Assembly (NCBI GenBank): GCA_036555425.1
Contig: DATBLL010000084.1
Coordinates: 34,316-58,315, forward strand
DNA length: 24,000 bases
Source of the DNA: Alphaproteobacteria bacterium
GTDB taxonomy: Bacteria; Pseudomonadota; Alphaproteobacteria; Bin65
Direction of reading: 5' to 3'
Shown: in pieces, positions 7,623 through 16,033 of the stretch
Layout of the letters: every line of letters begins with the position of its first letter
Position numbering within the stretch: the first letter of the stretch is position 1
Notes under the pieces: model-generated
What the model was told of the DNA's origin: nothing
What the model saw: the letters and a program-made list of their open reading frames with translations, nothing else
Databases searched by the model: none
Program-made: the position numbers and the translations under genes

Positions 7623-8126
7623 ATGAAGCGCAGCCTTCTTCCGATTGCCGCAGCCGCCGCGCTTGTGCTGGCGCCCGCCGGCGCCTACGCGCAGGCGCAG
7701 GGCGAATGGGGCGCGCTCGCGCTGAGCGAGCGCAGCACCGCTTACGGCTATTCCTACGATTTCGATTCGCAGGACGGCGCCACGGGCCGCGCGCTCGCCG
7801 AATGCAGCAAGAACGCCGGCGATTGCCGCGTCCACACCACGTTCCGCAACACCTGCCTCGTGCTCGCCGGCAGCGTCGACGGCCCGTTCGGCTGGGCCTG
7901 GGGCGGGGCCGAGGCGACGCGCACGCAGCGCGCGCTCGAGCAATGCCGCCAGCGCGGCGCCATCAACTGCAAGGTTGTCGAAACCGTGTGCACCGGCACG
8001 GCGGGCGGCCCGGCGCGCCCGCGCAATCCGGCGCGCGCGCCGCAGCCGGCGCCGCCAACGTCGACGCCCGCGACCTCGCCTCCGGCCAGCACGCCGGGAG
8101 CACCGACGCAATTGCACAAGCAATGA
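7623..8126 (+). CDS. secreted DUF4189 domain protein, paralog 2
   Basis: ATG 7623 with GAGGA 6 nt upstream. Signal peptide MKRSLLPIAAAAALVLAPAGAYAQAQG. It has the same WGALA...GWAWGG core and the same six Cys positions as paralog 1. The Pro-rich tail is longer. Confidence 0.8.
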   Translation: MKRSLLPIAAAAALVLAPAGAYAQAQGEWGALALSERSTAYGYSYDFDSQDGATGRALAECSKNAGDCRVHTTFRNTCLVLAGSVDGPFGWAWGGAEATRTQRALEQCRQRGAINCKVVETVCTGTAGGPARPRNPARAPQPAPPTSTPATSPPASTPGAPTQLHKQ

Positions 8127-8166
8127 GCGCCGGGCGCGCCGCACGTATCTTCATCGGAGTCCCGAC

Positions 8167-9528
8167 ATGAATCTTCACAAGCTCCTCTCCGTCCGCGCCG
8201 CCGCCGGCAAGCCGGTGCGCGTCGGCGTCGTCGGCTGCGGCAAGTTCGCGACGATGTTCCTGGCGCAGGCGCAGCGCATCCCGGGCCTGCACATCGTCGG
8301 CGTCGCCGATATCGCGCCGGGCAAGGCGGCGGACCAGCTGGTCCGCGCCGGCTGGGAAAAAGCGCATTTCGGCGCGCGCTCGCTCGGCGAGGCGATCGAC
8401 AAGGGCTCGACGCACTTGACCGCCGACGCGGCGGCGCTCATCGCGCATCCCGCCATCGAAGTCGTCGCCGAATGCACCGGCGATCCCATCGCCGCGACCA
8501 GCCACGCGCTCGCCGCCTTCAAGCACGGCAAGCACGTCGTCATGGTCACGGTCGAGGCCGATGCGTTCGTGGGGCCGCTGCTCGCGCAGAAAGCCAAGGA
8601 AGCCGGCGTCATCTATTCGCTCGCCTATGGCGATCAGCCGGCACTGATCTGCGATCTCGTCGATTGGGCGCGCACTTGCGGTTTCGACGTCGTCGCCGCC
8701 GGGCGCGGCCACAAATGGCTGCCGCACTACTACAAGACCACGCCCGACACGGTCTGGAAGGATTGGGGCCTCTCCGAAGCGGACGCCGAGGCCGGCGGCT
8801 TGAACCCCCGCATGTTCACCTGCTTCCTCGACGGCTCGAAGCCCGCGATCGAGACGACGGCCGTCGCCAACACGACCGGCCTCGGCGCGCCCTCGGGCGG
8901 GCTCGCGTTCGCGCCCTGCGCGGTCGAGGATCTCCCGCATGTGATGCGCCCGAAGAGCGAGGGCGGCATCTTGGAGAGGAAGGGCCTTGTCGAATGCGTC
9001 TCCTCGATCGAGCGCGACGGGCGCCCGATCCCGCACCACATCCGCTGGGGCGTGTGGGTGGTGATGGAGGCGGGCAACGACTACGTGAAGCGCTGCTTCA
9101 AGGAATACTGCATGACGACCGACGCCTCCGGGCGCTACGGCGTCATGTACAAGTGGTGGCACCTGATCGGTCTCGAGTTGGGCGTCTCGATCGCCGCCGT
9201 CGCCGTGCGCGGCGAGCCCACCGGCTGCCCCATCACATGGAACGCCGACGCCGTCGCGTCCGCCAAGCGCGACTTGAAGCCCGGCGAGCTGCTCGACGGC
9301 GAGGGCGGCTACACGGTTTCGGGCAAGCTCATGCCCGCCGCCGATTCACTGGCGCGCGGCGCGGTGCCGATCGGCCTCGCGCACAAGATCAAGGTCGTGC
9401 GCGCGATGAAGGAAGGCCAGACCGTCACTTGGGCCGACGTCGCCGCCGACGAGACGATCGAGGCCTACAAGGTCCGCCGCGAAATGGAGCGCCTCTACGC
9501 GCCCAAGCTGGCGAAAGCCGCCGAATAG
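8167..9528 (+). CDS. NAD(P)-binding oxidoreductase with C-terminal SAF domain (homoserine-dehydrogenase-like, COG4091-type)
   Basis: ATG 8167 with GGAG upstream. N-terminal Rossmann motif VRVGVVGCGKFATMF. The C-terminal segment AKRDLKPGELLDGEGGYTVSGKLMP is SAF-like. 453 aa. Confidence 0.85.
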   Translation: MNLHKLLSVRAAAGKPVRVGVVGCGKFATMFLAQAQRIPGLHIVGVADIAPGKAADQLVRAGWEKAHFGARSLGEAIDKGSTHLTADAAALIAHPAIEVVAECTGDPIAATSHALAAFKHGKHVVMVTVEADAFVGPLLAQKAKEAGVIYSLAYGDQPALICDLVDWARTCGFDVVAAGRGHKWLPHYYKTTPDTVWKDWGLSEADAEAGGLNPRMFTCFLDGSKPAIETTAVANTTGLGAPSGGLAFAPCAVEDLPHVMRPKSEGGILERKGLVECVSSIERDGRPIPHHIRWGVWVVMEAGNDYVKRCFKEYCMTTDASGRYGVMYKWWHLIGLELGVSIAAVAVRGEPTGCPITWNADAVASAKRDLKPGELLDGEGGYTVSGKLMPAADSLARGAVPIGLAHKIKVVRAMKEGQTVTWADVAADETIEAYKVRREMERLYAPKLAKAAE

Positions 9529-9546
9529 CGCGCCGCCGAATAGAGC

Positions 9547-10293
9547 ATGACCAAAGTCGTTCTCGTCACCGGCGGCGGCCGGGGCATCGGCGCGGCCACC
9601 GCAAGGCTCTTGGCCAAGCACGGCTACGACGTGGCGGCAAACTATCAGTCCAACATCACCGCGGCGGCGAAGGTCGTGCGCGAGATCGAGGCGATGGGCC
9701 GCAAGGCGTTGGCGATTCAGGGCGACGTCGCCAAGGAAGCCGACGTCGTGCGCATGATGAGCGGGGTCGAGGAGCGCCTCGGGCCGCTCCATGGCCTCGT
9801 CAACAACGCCGGCATCACCGGCCGCATCTCCCGCCTCGACGAGGCGAGCGCCGCGACGATCCAGTCGACCATGGACATCAACGTCGTCGGCGCGCTGCTC
9901 TGCGCGCGCGAGGCGGTGAAGCGCATGTCGACCAAGCACGGCGGCGCCGGCGGCGTCATCGTCAACGTCTCTTCGGTCGCGACCACGCTCGGCAGCCCCA
10001 ACACCTACGTGTGGTATGCGGCGTCGAAGGCCGCCATCGACGCGATGACGCTGGGGCTCGGCCTCGAAGTGGCGCGCGAAGGCATCCGCGTCGTCGGCGT
10101 CGCGGCCGGACTCACGGATACAGACTTGCATGCGGCGGGCGGCCAGCCCGATCGCGCGCGGGCGATCGGGCCGCAGGTTCCGATGGGCCGCGCGGCGCAA
10201 CCGGGCGACATCGCCGAGGCCATCGTCTGGCTCATGTCCGACGCCGCCGCCTACTGCACCGCCACCACCTTGCGCGTGGGAGGCGGGCGATGA
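9547..10293 (+). CDS. SDR family oxidoreductase (YgfF-like), copy 1
   Basis: TGGGRGIG cofactor motif, NNAG, and catalytic YVWYAASK (Y-x-x-x-K). By eye it is similar over its whole length to E. coli YgfF-type SDRs. Confidence 0.9.
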   Translation: MTKVVLVTGGGRGIGAATARLLAKHGYDVAANYQSNITAAAKVVREIEAMGRKALAIQGDVAKEADVVRMMSGVEERLGPLHGLVNNAGITGRISRLDEASAATIQSTMDINVVGALLCAREAVKRMSTKHGGAGGVIVNVSSVATTLGSPNTYVWYAASKAAIDAMTLGLGLEVAREGIRVVGVAAGLTDTDLHAAGGQPDRARAIGPQVPMGRAAQPGDIAEAIVWLMSDAAAYCTATTLRVGGGR

Positions 10294-11051
10294 ATGCCGC
10301 CAAATCCAACGGCGTCGTCCTCATCACCGGCGCGAGCCGCGGCATCGGCGCCGCCACGGCGCGCCTCGCGGCAAAGCGCGGTTACGACGTGGCCGTCAAC
10401 TACGTCGCCAACGAAGCGGCCGCGGCCAAGGTCGCGGGCGAGGTCGAGGCGGCGGGCCGCCGCGCGATCGCGGTCAAGGCCGACGTCGGGCGAGAAGCCG
10501 ATATCCTCGCGATGTTCGCCGCGGTCGACAAGAAGCTCGGCCCCATCACGGCGCTGGTGAACAACGCCGGCATCGCCGGCAAGACCGGGCGCGTCGAGGA
10601 CGTGACGGCCGACATGGTCAAGGCGGTGCTCGACATCAACGTGTTCGGGGCGCTGCTCTGCGCGCGCGAGGCGGTCCGCCGCATGTCGACCAAGCGCGGC
10701 GGCAAGGGCGGCGTGATCGTCAACGTGTCCTCGGGCGCCGCCACGCGCGGCAGCCCCAACAGCTATGTCTGGTATGCGGCCTCCAAGGCCGCGCTCGATG
10801 CGATCACGATGGGGCTCGGCCTCGAAGTGGCGGGCGAGGGGATTCGCGTCGTCGGCATGGCCGCCGGCGTCACCGAGACCGAGATTCACGCGGCGGCCGG
10901 CGGACCGGGGCGCCTCGCGCAGATGGCGAAGCTGGTGCCGCTCGGCCGCGTGGCGCAACCCGAGGAAATGGCCGAGGCGATCCTCTGGCTCATGTCCGAC
11001 GGCGCCCGCTATTGCACGGCGGCGACGCTCAGGGCGGGCGGCGGGCTCTAG
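10290..11051 (+). CDS. SDR family oxidoreductase (YgfF-like), copy 2
   Basis: ATG 10290 overlaps the copy 1 stop (ATGA). Motifs TGASRGIG, NNAG and YVWYAASK are present. By eye about two-thirds of positions are identical to copy 1. The rest of the 859-aa track ORF upstream is out-of-frame overlap. Confidence 0.9.
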   Translation: MNAAKSNGVVLITGASRGIGAATARLAAKRGYDVAVNYVANEAAAAKVAGEVEAAGRRAIAVKADVGREADILAMFAAVDKKLGPITALVNNAGIAGKTGRVEDVTADMVKAVLDINVFGALLCAREAVRRMSTKRGGKGGVIVNVSSGAATRGSPNSYVWYAASKAALDAITMGLGLEVAGEGIRVVGMAAGVTETEIHAAAGGPGRLAQMAKLVPLGRVAQPEEMAEAILWLMSDGARYCTAATLRAGGGL

Positions 11052-11201
11052 ACCGCGCCACTCCACCGCACCCCGATGCCGCCGCGGCCATGTCCGGTTT
11101 TGCTTTGCACGAGCGCGCCGCCATCATAGATTTCCGCGCACCTCGCAGCCGCGCCTCCCGCGGCCAATCCCGGCGTACCTGAAGGCAAGGGAAATCTCGG
11201 C

Positions 11202-12056
11202 ATGGACATGCTGCTGGAAGGCGCATTTTGGGTGGCGCTTTCCCAAATCATGCTCGTCAACATCGTCCTGTCGGGCGACAACGCGGTCGTCATCGCGCTC
11301 GCCTGCCGCAACCTGCCGGTCAAGTACCGCCAGCCGGCGATCCTCGCGGGCAGCGGCGGCGCCATCCTGCTCCGCATCATCTTCTGCGTCGTCGTCGCCT
11401 GGCTGCTGCAGATCCCGTATCTCAAGATCGCGGGCGGGCTGTTGCTGTTCTGGATCGGCATCAAGCTCATCACCGAGGAAGAGGGCGACGACGGCGAAGA
11501 GAGCGTCGCCGGCAAGGCCAATCTCTGGGGCGCCATCCAGACCATCATCATCGCCGACGCGGTGATGAGCCTCGACAACGCCATCGCCATCGCCGCCGCC
11601 GCCGCGCAGGCCGCCAAGGGCGACGAATTCCGCATCTGGACCCTGATCACGCTCGGCCTGCTGATCACCATACCGATCATCATCGTCGGCGCCACGCTGA
11701 TCATGCGCATCATGCAGCGCTACCCGATCGTGATCCTGATCGGCGGCGCGCTCCTGGGCTTCGTCGCCGGCGAGATGCTGATCAGCGATCAGGCGCTGCA
11801 TCACTGGCTCGAGGCGCAGGCCGGCGCCTGGTTCAAGCCCGCGCTCGTGCCCGGCAGCGAGGCCTATGCCGAGTGGCTCAGGAGCACGCTGCACTACATC
11901 GAGCTCGGCTGCGGTGCTGTGGGCGCCGTCGTCACCATCATCATCGGCCGCTGGCTCTTGGCGCGCGCGGCCAAGCGCAAGGCCGTCGACCTCGCGGAGC
12001 GCAAGGGCCCGGCCGTCGATCTCGCCGCGCCCAAGAGCGCCGACAGGAAGGAATAG
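11202..12056 (+). CDS. TerC/YjbE family integral membrane protein
   Basis: It has both conserved SGDNA / SLDNA motifs of TerC-family proteins (NIVLSGDNAVVIAL and DAVMSLDNAIAIAA). It has multiple hydrophobic spans. 284 aa. Confidence 0.9.
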   Translation: MDMLLEGAFWVALSQIMLVNIVLSGDNAVVIALACRNLPVKYRQPAILAGSGGAILLRIIFCVVVAWLLQIPYLKIAGGLLLFWIGIKLITEEEGDDGEESVAGKANLWGAIQTIIIADAVMSLDNAIAIAAAAAQAAKGDEFRIWTLITLGLLITIPIIIVGATLIMRIMQRYPIVILIGGALLGFVAGEMLISDQALHHWLEAQAGAWFKPALVPGSEAYAEWLRSTLHYIELGCGAVGAVVTIIIGRWLLARAAKRKAVDLAERKGPAVDLAAPKSADRKE

Positions 12057-12059
12057 GCC

Positions 12060-12482
12060 ATGCTGGGCAACATCCTGGTGCCGGTCGACGGCTCCGAGAA
12101 CTCGGATCGCGCGGTGCGCTACGCGATCGAGATGCTGAAGGGCGGCGGCGGAAAGCTGCATTTCCTCAACGTGCAGCCGCCGTTGGGCGGCGCGGTCAGG
12201 ACCTTCGTGGGCAAGGCCGACCTCGACGCCTATCATCGCGAGGAAGGCGAGAAGGCGCTGGCGAGCGCCTTGAAGCTCGCCGCCGATGCCGACATGCCGG
12301 CGGAAAAGCACATCAGCGTCGGCCGCCCGGGCGAGCTCGTCGCCGAATTCACCGAGCGCGTCCAGGCGGTGCTGATCGTGATGGGCACGCGCGGGCACAC
12401 CGGCCTCGCCGGCGTGCTCCTGGGCTCGGTCGCGCAGGACGTGATCGCCCGCGCGAAGGTGCCGGTCTGCCTGGTGAAGTAG
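12060..12482 (+). CDS. universal stress protein (UspA family)
   Basis: ILVPVDGSENSDRAVRYA at the N-terminus and MGTRGHTGLAGVLLGSVAQDVIARAKVPVCLVK at the C-terminus are canonical Usp motifs. It starts 3 nt after the TerC stop. Confidence 0.9.
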   Translation: MLGNILVPVDGSENSDRAVRYAIEMLKGGGGKLHFLNVQPPLGGAVRTFVGKADLDAYHREEGEKALASALKLAADADMPAEKHISVGRPGELVAEFTERVQAVLIVMGTRGHTGLAGVLLGSVAQDVIARAKVPVCLVK

Positions 12483-12523
12483 TGCCGCACGATCTCGCGG
12501 CCGGCCGCCGGCAAAATTCGGGC

Positions 12524-13651
12524 ATGAGCGAAGGGCCGTTGTTCGCCTACCGCGCGCGGGTCGCGGAGGGCGCCCTCGTCGGTGATCCGGCGCAGGAGCT
12601 GGCGGCGGAGAAGCTGCAATCGCTGTTCCACGCCCTCAAAGGCTATCGCCCGCGCCAGCCCGATTCGTGGAAAGATCGCTTCGGCCTCGCTCGCCGCGCC
12701 GAGGAGCCGCCGGCCGGGCTCTACATCTTCGGTGACGTCGGCCGTGGCAAGTCGATGCTGATGGATCTCTTCTATGCGGCCGCGCCGGTCGACAAGAAGC
12801 GCCGCGTGCACTTCCACGAATTCATGCTCGAGATCCACGCGCGCCTGCACGCGCTCCGCGCCGACCGCGGCCGGTCGGCGAACGGCAAGCGCGCCGACGA
12901 TCTCCTGCCCGCGATCGCGCGCGATATCGCCGCCGAGACATGGCTGCTCTGCTTCGACGAGCTCCACGTCGCCAACATCGCCGACGCGATGCTGCTGGGG
13001 CGCCTTTTCGAGACGCTCTTCGCCGAGGGCGTCATCGTCGTCGCCACCTCGAATTGGCCGCCCGGCGAGCTCTATTCCGGCGGCCTCCAGCGCGAGCTGT
13101 TCCTGCCCTTCATCGCGCTGGTCAAGGCGAAGCTCGACATCCTCCACCTCGAAGGCCGCCTCGACTACCGGCTTGCGCGGCTCATGAGCATGAAGGTCTA
13201 TCACGTGCCGCTCGGCGCCGCCGCCGACCGCGCGCTCGATCAGGCCTTTCGCGATCTGACCGACAACGCGTCGAGCGCGCCCGATTTCTTGAACGTGATG
13301 GGGCGGCGCGTGCCGGTGCCGGCCTCGGCCAAGGGCGTGGCACGCTTCCGCTTCGCCGATCTCTGCGAGCAGCCGCTCGGCCCCACCGACTTCATCGCCA
13401 TCGCCAACGCGTTCCACACCGTGATCCTGGCCGACATCCCGCGCCTGGCGCCCGAGCGCCGCGACACGGTCAAGCGCTTCGCGACGCTCATCGACGTGCT
13501 CTACGAGCGCAAGATCAAGCTCGTCTGCTCCGCCGCCGTGCCGCCGCACGAAATCTATCCGGCCGGCGACCACGCCTTTGAATTCCGCCGCACCGCCTCG
13601 CGCCTCGTGGAGATGCAGAGCGTCGAGTATCTCTCGGCCGGCAACGCGTAG
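12524..13651 (+). CDS. zapE: cell division protein ZapE (AFG1-like ATPase)
   Basis: ATG 12524. Walker A GDVGRGKSMLMD and Walker B LLCFDELHV. Overall AFG1/ZapE layout. 375 aa. Confidence 0.92.
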   Translation: MSEGPLFAYRARVAEGALVGDPAQELAAEKLQSLFHALKGYRPRQPDSWKDRFGLARRAEEPPAGLYIFGDVGRGKSMLMDLFYAAAPVDKKRRVHFHEFMLEIHARLHALRADRGRSANGKRADDLLPAIARDIAAETWLLCFDELHVANIADAMLLGRLFETLFAEGVIVVATSNWPPGELYSGGLQRELFLPFIALVKAKLDILHLEGRLDYRLARLMSMKVYHVPLGAAADRALDQAFRDLTDNASSAPDFLNVMGRRVPVPASAKGVARFRFADLCEQPLGPTDFIAIANAFHTVILADIPRLAPERRDTVKRFATLIDVLYERKIKLVCSAAVPPHEIYPAGDHAFEFRRTASRLVEMQSVEYLSAGNA

Positions 13652-13728
13652 GGGCGCGCTGCGCGCGCCCTGCCTCCACGCGGTAATCCTCGCACGCGGA
13701 GAGAGGGCGCGCGCAGCGCGCCCCTACG
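13647..13728. terminator. 25-bp perfect GC-rich inverted repeat between convergent genes (putative bidirectional terminator)
   Basis: CGTAGGGGCGCGCTGCGCGCGCCCT (13647-13671) is the exact reverse complement of 13704-13728. The spacer is 32 nt. Both stop codons (TAG 13649-13651 on plus, TAG 13726-13724 on minus) lie inside the arms. Each arm can also fold alone into an 8-bp stem with a 3-nt loop. Confidence 0.6.
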
Positions 13729-14284
13729 ATGCCGACGCGGTGCGAATGTGTTCGAGCGCCGCGCGGGCGGCGCGGCCCAGGCTTTGCTCCATGTCGATGA
13801 CGGCGTGCGGCAGCGGCACCGGGAAATCGGGCGGATGCTCCCGCATGTGCGCCGCCCACCGGCCGAGCTTCACGCGGTCGCGCTTGGCGTTGCGCGCGCG
13901 CACGCGGCGGCGGAGCGTCTCGGGCGCCGCCACGCATTTCAAGCACACGAGCGCGGCCCCGGTTGCGCGCGCCATCGCGCGCATGCGCCGGCGCCACGCC
14001 GCATCGCGCATCTGGCTCACATGCGGCACGTCGAGCAGCACCGAATTGCCGGTCGCGAGGTTCAGGCGCGCCAACGCGTAGAGGCCCGCGAAGAAAGCGG
14101 GCCGCGCGCGCCTGAAGGCAGCGCTGTCGCGGTCGTGCGGAAAGAAGGGCTCGATCACCGCATCGCTGTTGATCCACACCGCGGCGAGCCGGCACAGGAG
14201 GGCGCGGGCCAGCGTCGATTTCCCCGCGCCCGGCGCGCCGCAGACGAGGATCAGCGCCGGCGGCGCCAGCACGATCTTCGCCAT
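13724..14284 (-). CDS. P-loop ATPase/kinase-like protein (AAA_33-type)
   Basis: In-frame ATG 14284 within the 411-aa track ORF. Walker A VCGAPGAGKSTLA near the N-terminus. 186 aa. It starts 5 nt after the flavin reductase stop. Confidence 0.7.
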   Translation of the reverse strand: MAKIVLAPPALILVCGAPGAGKSTLARALLCRLAAVWINSDAVIEPFFPHDRDSAAFRRARPAFFAGLYALARLNLATGNSVLLDVPHVSQMRDAAWRRRMRAMARATGAALVCLKCVAAPETLRRRVRARNAKRDRVKLGRWAAHMREHPPDFPVPLPHAVIDMEQSLGRAARAALEHIRTASAS

Positions 14285-14289
14285 CGCGG

Positions 14290-14913
14290 CTAATCCGGCC
14301 GCATCATCGTGAACACCTGCTCGACGCGCACATAGTCGTGGCCGCCGAGCCGGCCGATGAGCCGGAGCTTCTTCTGGTCGACGATGCCGCCGGTCAGCAC
14401 GCGCTCGTCGATGTGGATGCCGACGACCTTGCCGAGCACGATCATGTTCGGCGCATAGCCCGGTGCCGACAGCGTCGGATAGACGGCGACCGTGACGCAT
14501 TCGAGATGCACCGGGCTTTCCTTGACGCGCGGCGGCTTCACCAGCTCGGCCTTCTCCTTGGTGAGGCCGGCGAGATCGAACTCGTCGACGCCGACCGCGA
14601 CTCCGGCCGCGCTGGCGTTCATGCGCTCGCGCGTCTCCCAGGTGGCGATGTTGACGACGAACTCGCCGGTCTCGCGCGCGTTGACGACGCTGTCCTTCAT
14701 CGGCACCGCGTCGCCGCGCCGCGCGGGCCTCGGGCCCCCCGAGAAGATTACCTGCGGCGGCGCATAGGAGACGGCGTTGAAGAAGGAATAGGGCGCCAAG
14801 TTGGGGCGCCCCTCGCGGTCGAGCGTCGAGATCCAGCCGATCGGGCGCGGCGCCACGATGCTGTTGAAGGGGTTGTGCGGAAGCCCGTGCTTCTGGTCGG
14901 TGCGGTAGAACAT
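14290..14913 (-). CDS. flavin reductase family protein
   Basis: 207 aa. FNSIVAPRPIGWISTLDREGRPNLAPYSFFNAVSYAPPQV is the characteristic N-terminal flavin-reductase-like (FMN-binding split barrel) segment. Confidence 0.88.
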   Translation of the reverse strand: MFYRTDQKHGLPHNPFNSIVAPRPIGWISTLDREGRPNLAPYSFFNAVSYAPPQVIFSGGPRPARRGDAVPMKDSVVNARETGEFVVNIATWETRERMNASAAGVAVGVDEFDLAGLTKEKAELVKPPRVKESPVHLECVTVAVYPTLSAPGYAPNMIVLGKVVGIHIDERVLTGGIVDQKKLRLIGRLGGHDYVRVEQVFTMMRPD

Positions 14914-15087
14914 GGCCGATCTGGATTGGCAGGGAGAGCGTCAAAGCGGGATTAAGCATGCGCGGCGAGCAAGCGGAAGCCGCTGCTCCGCGCGGGCCGG
15001 AGAACAGGGTTGCGGGGCGGCGATAGCCAGTGTTGGCTGCCGCGCGTATACTCCGCGACGACGCGCCCGTCTTGAGGAGCTGGACCG

Positions 15088-15876
15088 ATGAATCTCGTCA
15101 CTCCGCGCCCCGCCGTCCGCCCGAGCCACATCTCCGACGCCGAATGGCAGGTCCGCGTCGATCTCGCGGCGTTCTACCGGCTCGTGCACCACTACGGCAT
15201 GTCGATGCTGGTGTTCAACCACATCACCGCGCGCGTGCCGGGGCCGCAGCACCATATCCTCATCAACGAATACGGCCTCGCCTACGACGAGATCACGCCG
15301 TCGAACCTCGTCAAGATCGATCTCGACGGCAAGGTGGTGGATGCGGGCGAGCACAAGGTGAATCTCGCCGGTTACATCATCCACTCCTGCGTTCACCGCG
15401 CGCGGAAGGATGTGAACTGCGTCGTGCACACGCACAGCCGCGCCGGCGTCGCGGTGTCGTGCTTGAAGGAAGGCCTCATCCCGATGAACCAGGAGGGGAT
15501 GATGTTCTACGGCCGCATCTCCTATCATGATTACGAGGGCCTCGCGGTCTACGAGGACGAGCAGAAGCGCCTCGCCGCCAATCTCGGCGACAAGGATGTG
15601 ATGATCCTGCGCAATCACGGCCTGCTCGCGACCGGCCGCAGCGTCGCCGAAGCCTTCCGCCGCATCTACTATCTCGAGATCGCCTGCCGCCTGCAGATGG
15701 ACGTGATGGCCACCGGCCGGCCCTGGGCCCCGCCGCCGCCCGAGGTCTGCGAGCACACGCATCGCCAGTTCGAGGAGGGCGCCGCCGCCATCGGCACCGG
15801 CAAGGACCAAGAGACGCGCGAATGGCCCGCGATGCTGCGCCTCGTCGACCGGAAATATCCGGGCTGGCGGGCCTAG
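15088..15876 (+). CDS. class II aldolase/adducin family protein
   Basis: GAGGAG lies 9 nt upstream of ATG 15088. Motifs HITARVP, the IHSCVHRARKDVNCVVHTHS metal-binding histidines, and ILRNHGLLATGRSVAEAF. 262 aa. Confidence 0.88.
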   Translation: MNLVTPRPAVRPSHISDAEWQVRVDLAAFYRLVHHYGMSMLVFNHITARVPGPQHHILINEYGLAYDEITPSNLVKIDLDGKVVDAGEHKVNLAGYIIHSCVHRARKDVNCVVHTHSRAGVAVSCLKEGLIPMNQEGMMFYGRISYHDYEGLAVYEDEQKRLAANLGDKDVMILRNHGLLATGRSVAEAFRRIYYLEIACRLQMDVMATGRPWAPPPPEVCEHTHRQFEEGAAAIGTGKDQETREWPAMLRLVDRKYPGWRA

Positions 15877-16033
15877 CCGGCTCGCACCAATCCCTAGAAA
15901 TCGATTACGTCCCGTTTCCGGGCGCACGGCGCGCTGGCGCGCCTGCTCTTGAGCGCCGACCATCGCCTTAACATTTTCTTTGAACCAAAGCGTCCATCGT
16001 ATTGGCCCAACCACATTGCGATACGGGCCGAAT

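Noticed and set aside
8472-11051. 859-aa plus-strand ORF
   Set aside because: It is chimeric. Only 10290-11051 encodes a coherent SDR. The rest is an alternative frame over the SAF-domain gene and the first SDR gene, with extreme Arg/Gly content.
11052-11201. Expected yybP-ykoY (Mn2+) riboswitch upstream of the TerC-family gene
   Set aside because: I could not find the conserved GGGGAGUAG-type core or the paired four-helix layout in this leader. Only a weak sigma-70-like TTGCAC-N16-TAGATT is present. A cmscan run would be decisive.
11228-13651. 807-aa plus-strand ORF
   Set aside because: Only 12524-13651 (ZapE) is credible. The upstream part overlaps TerC and Usp in another frame and is Arg-rich.
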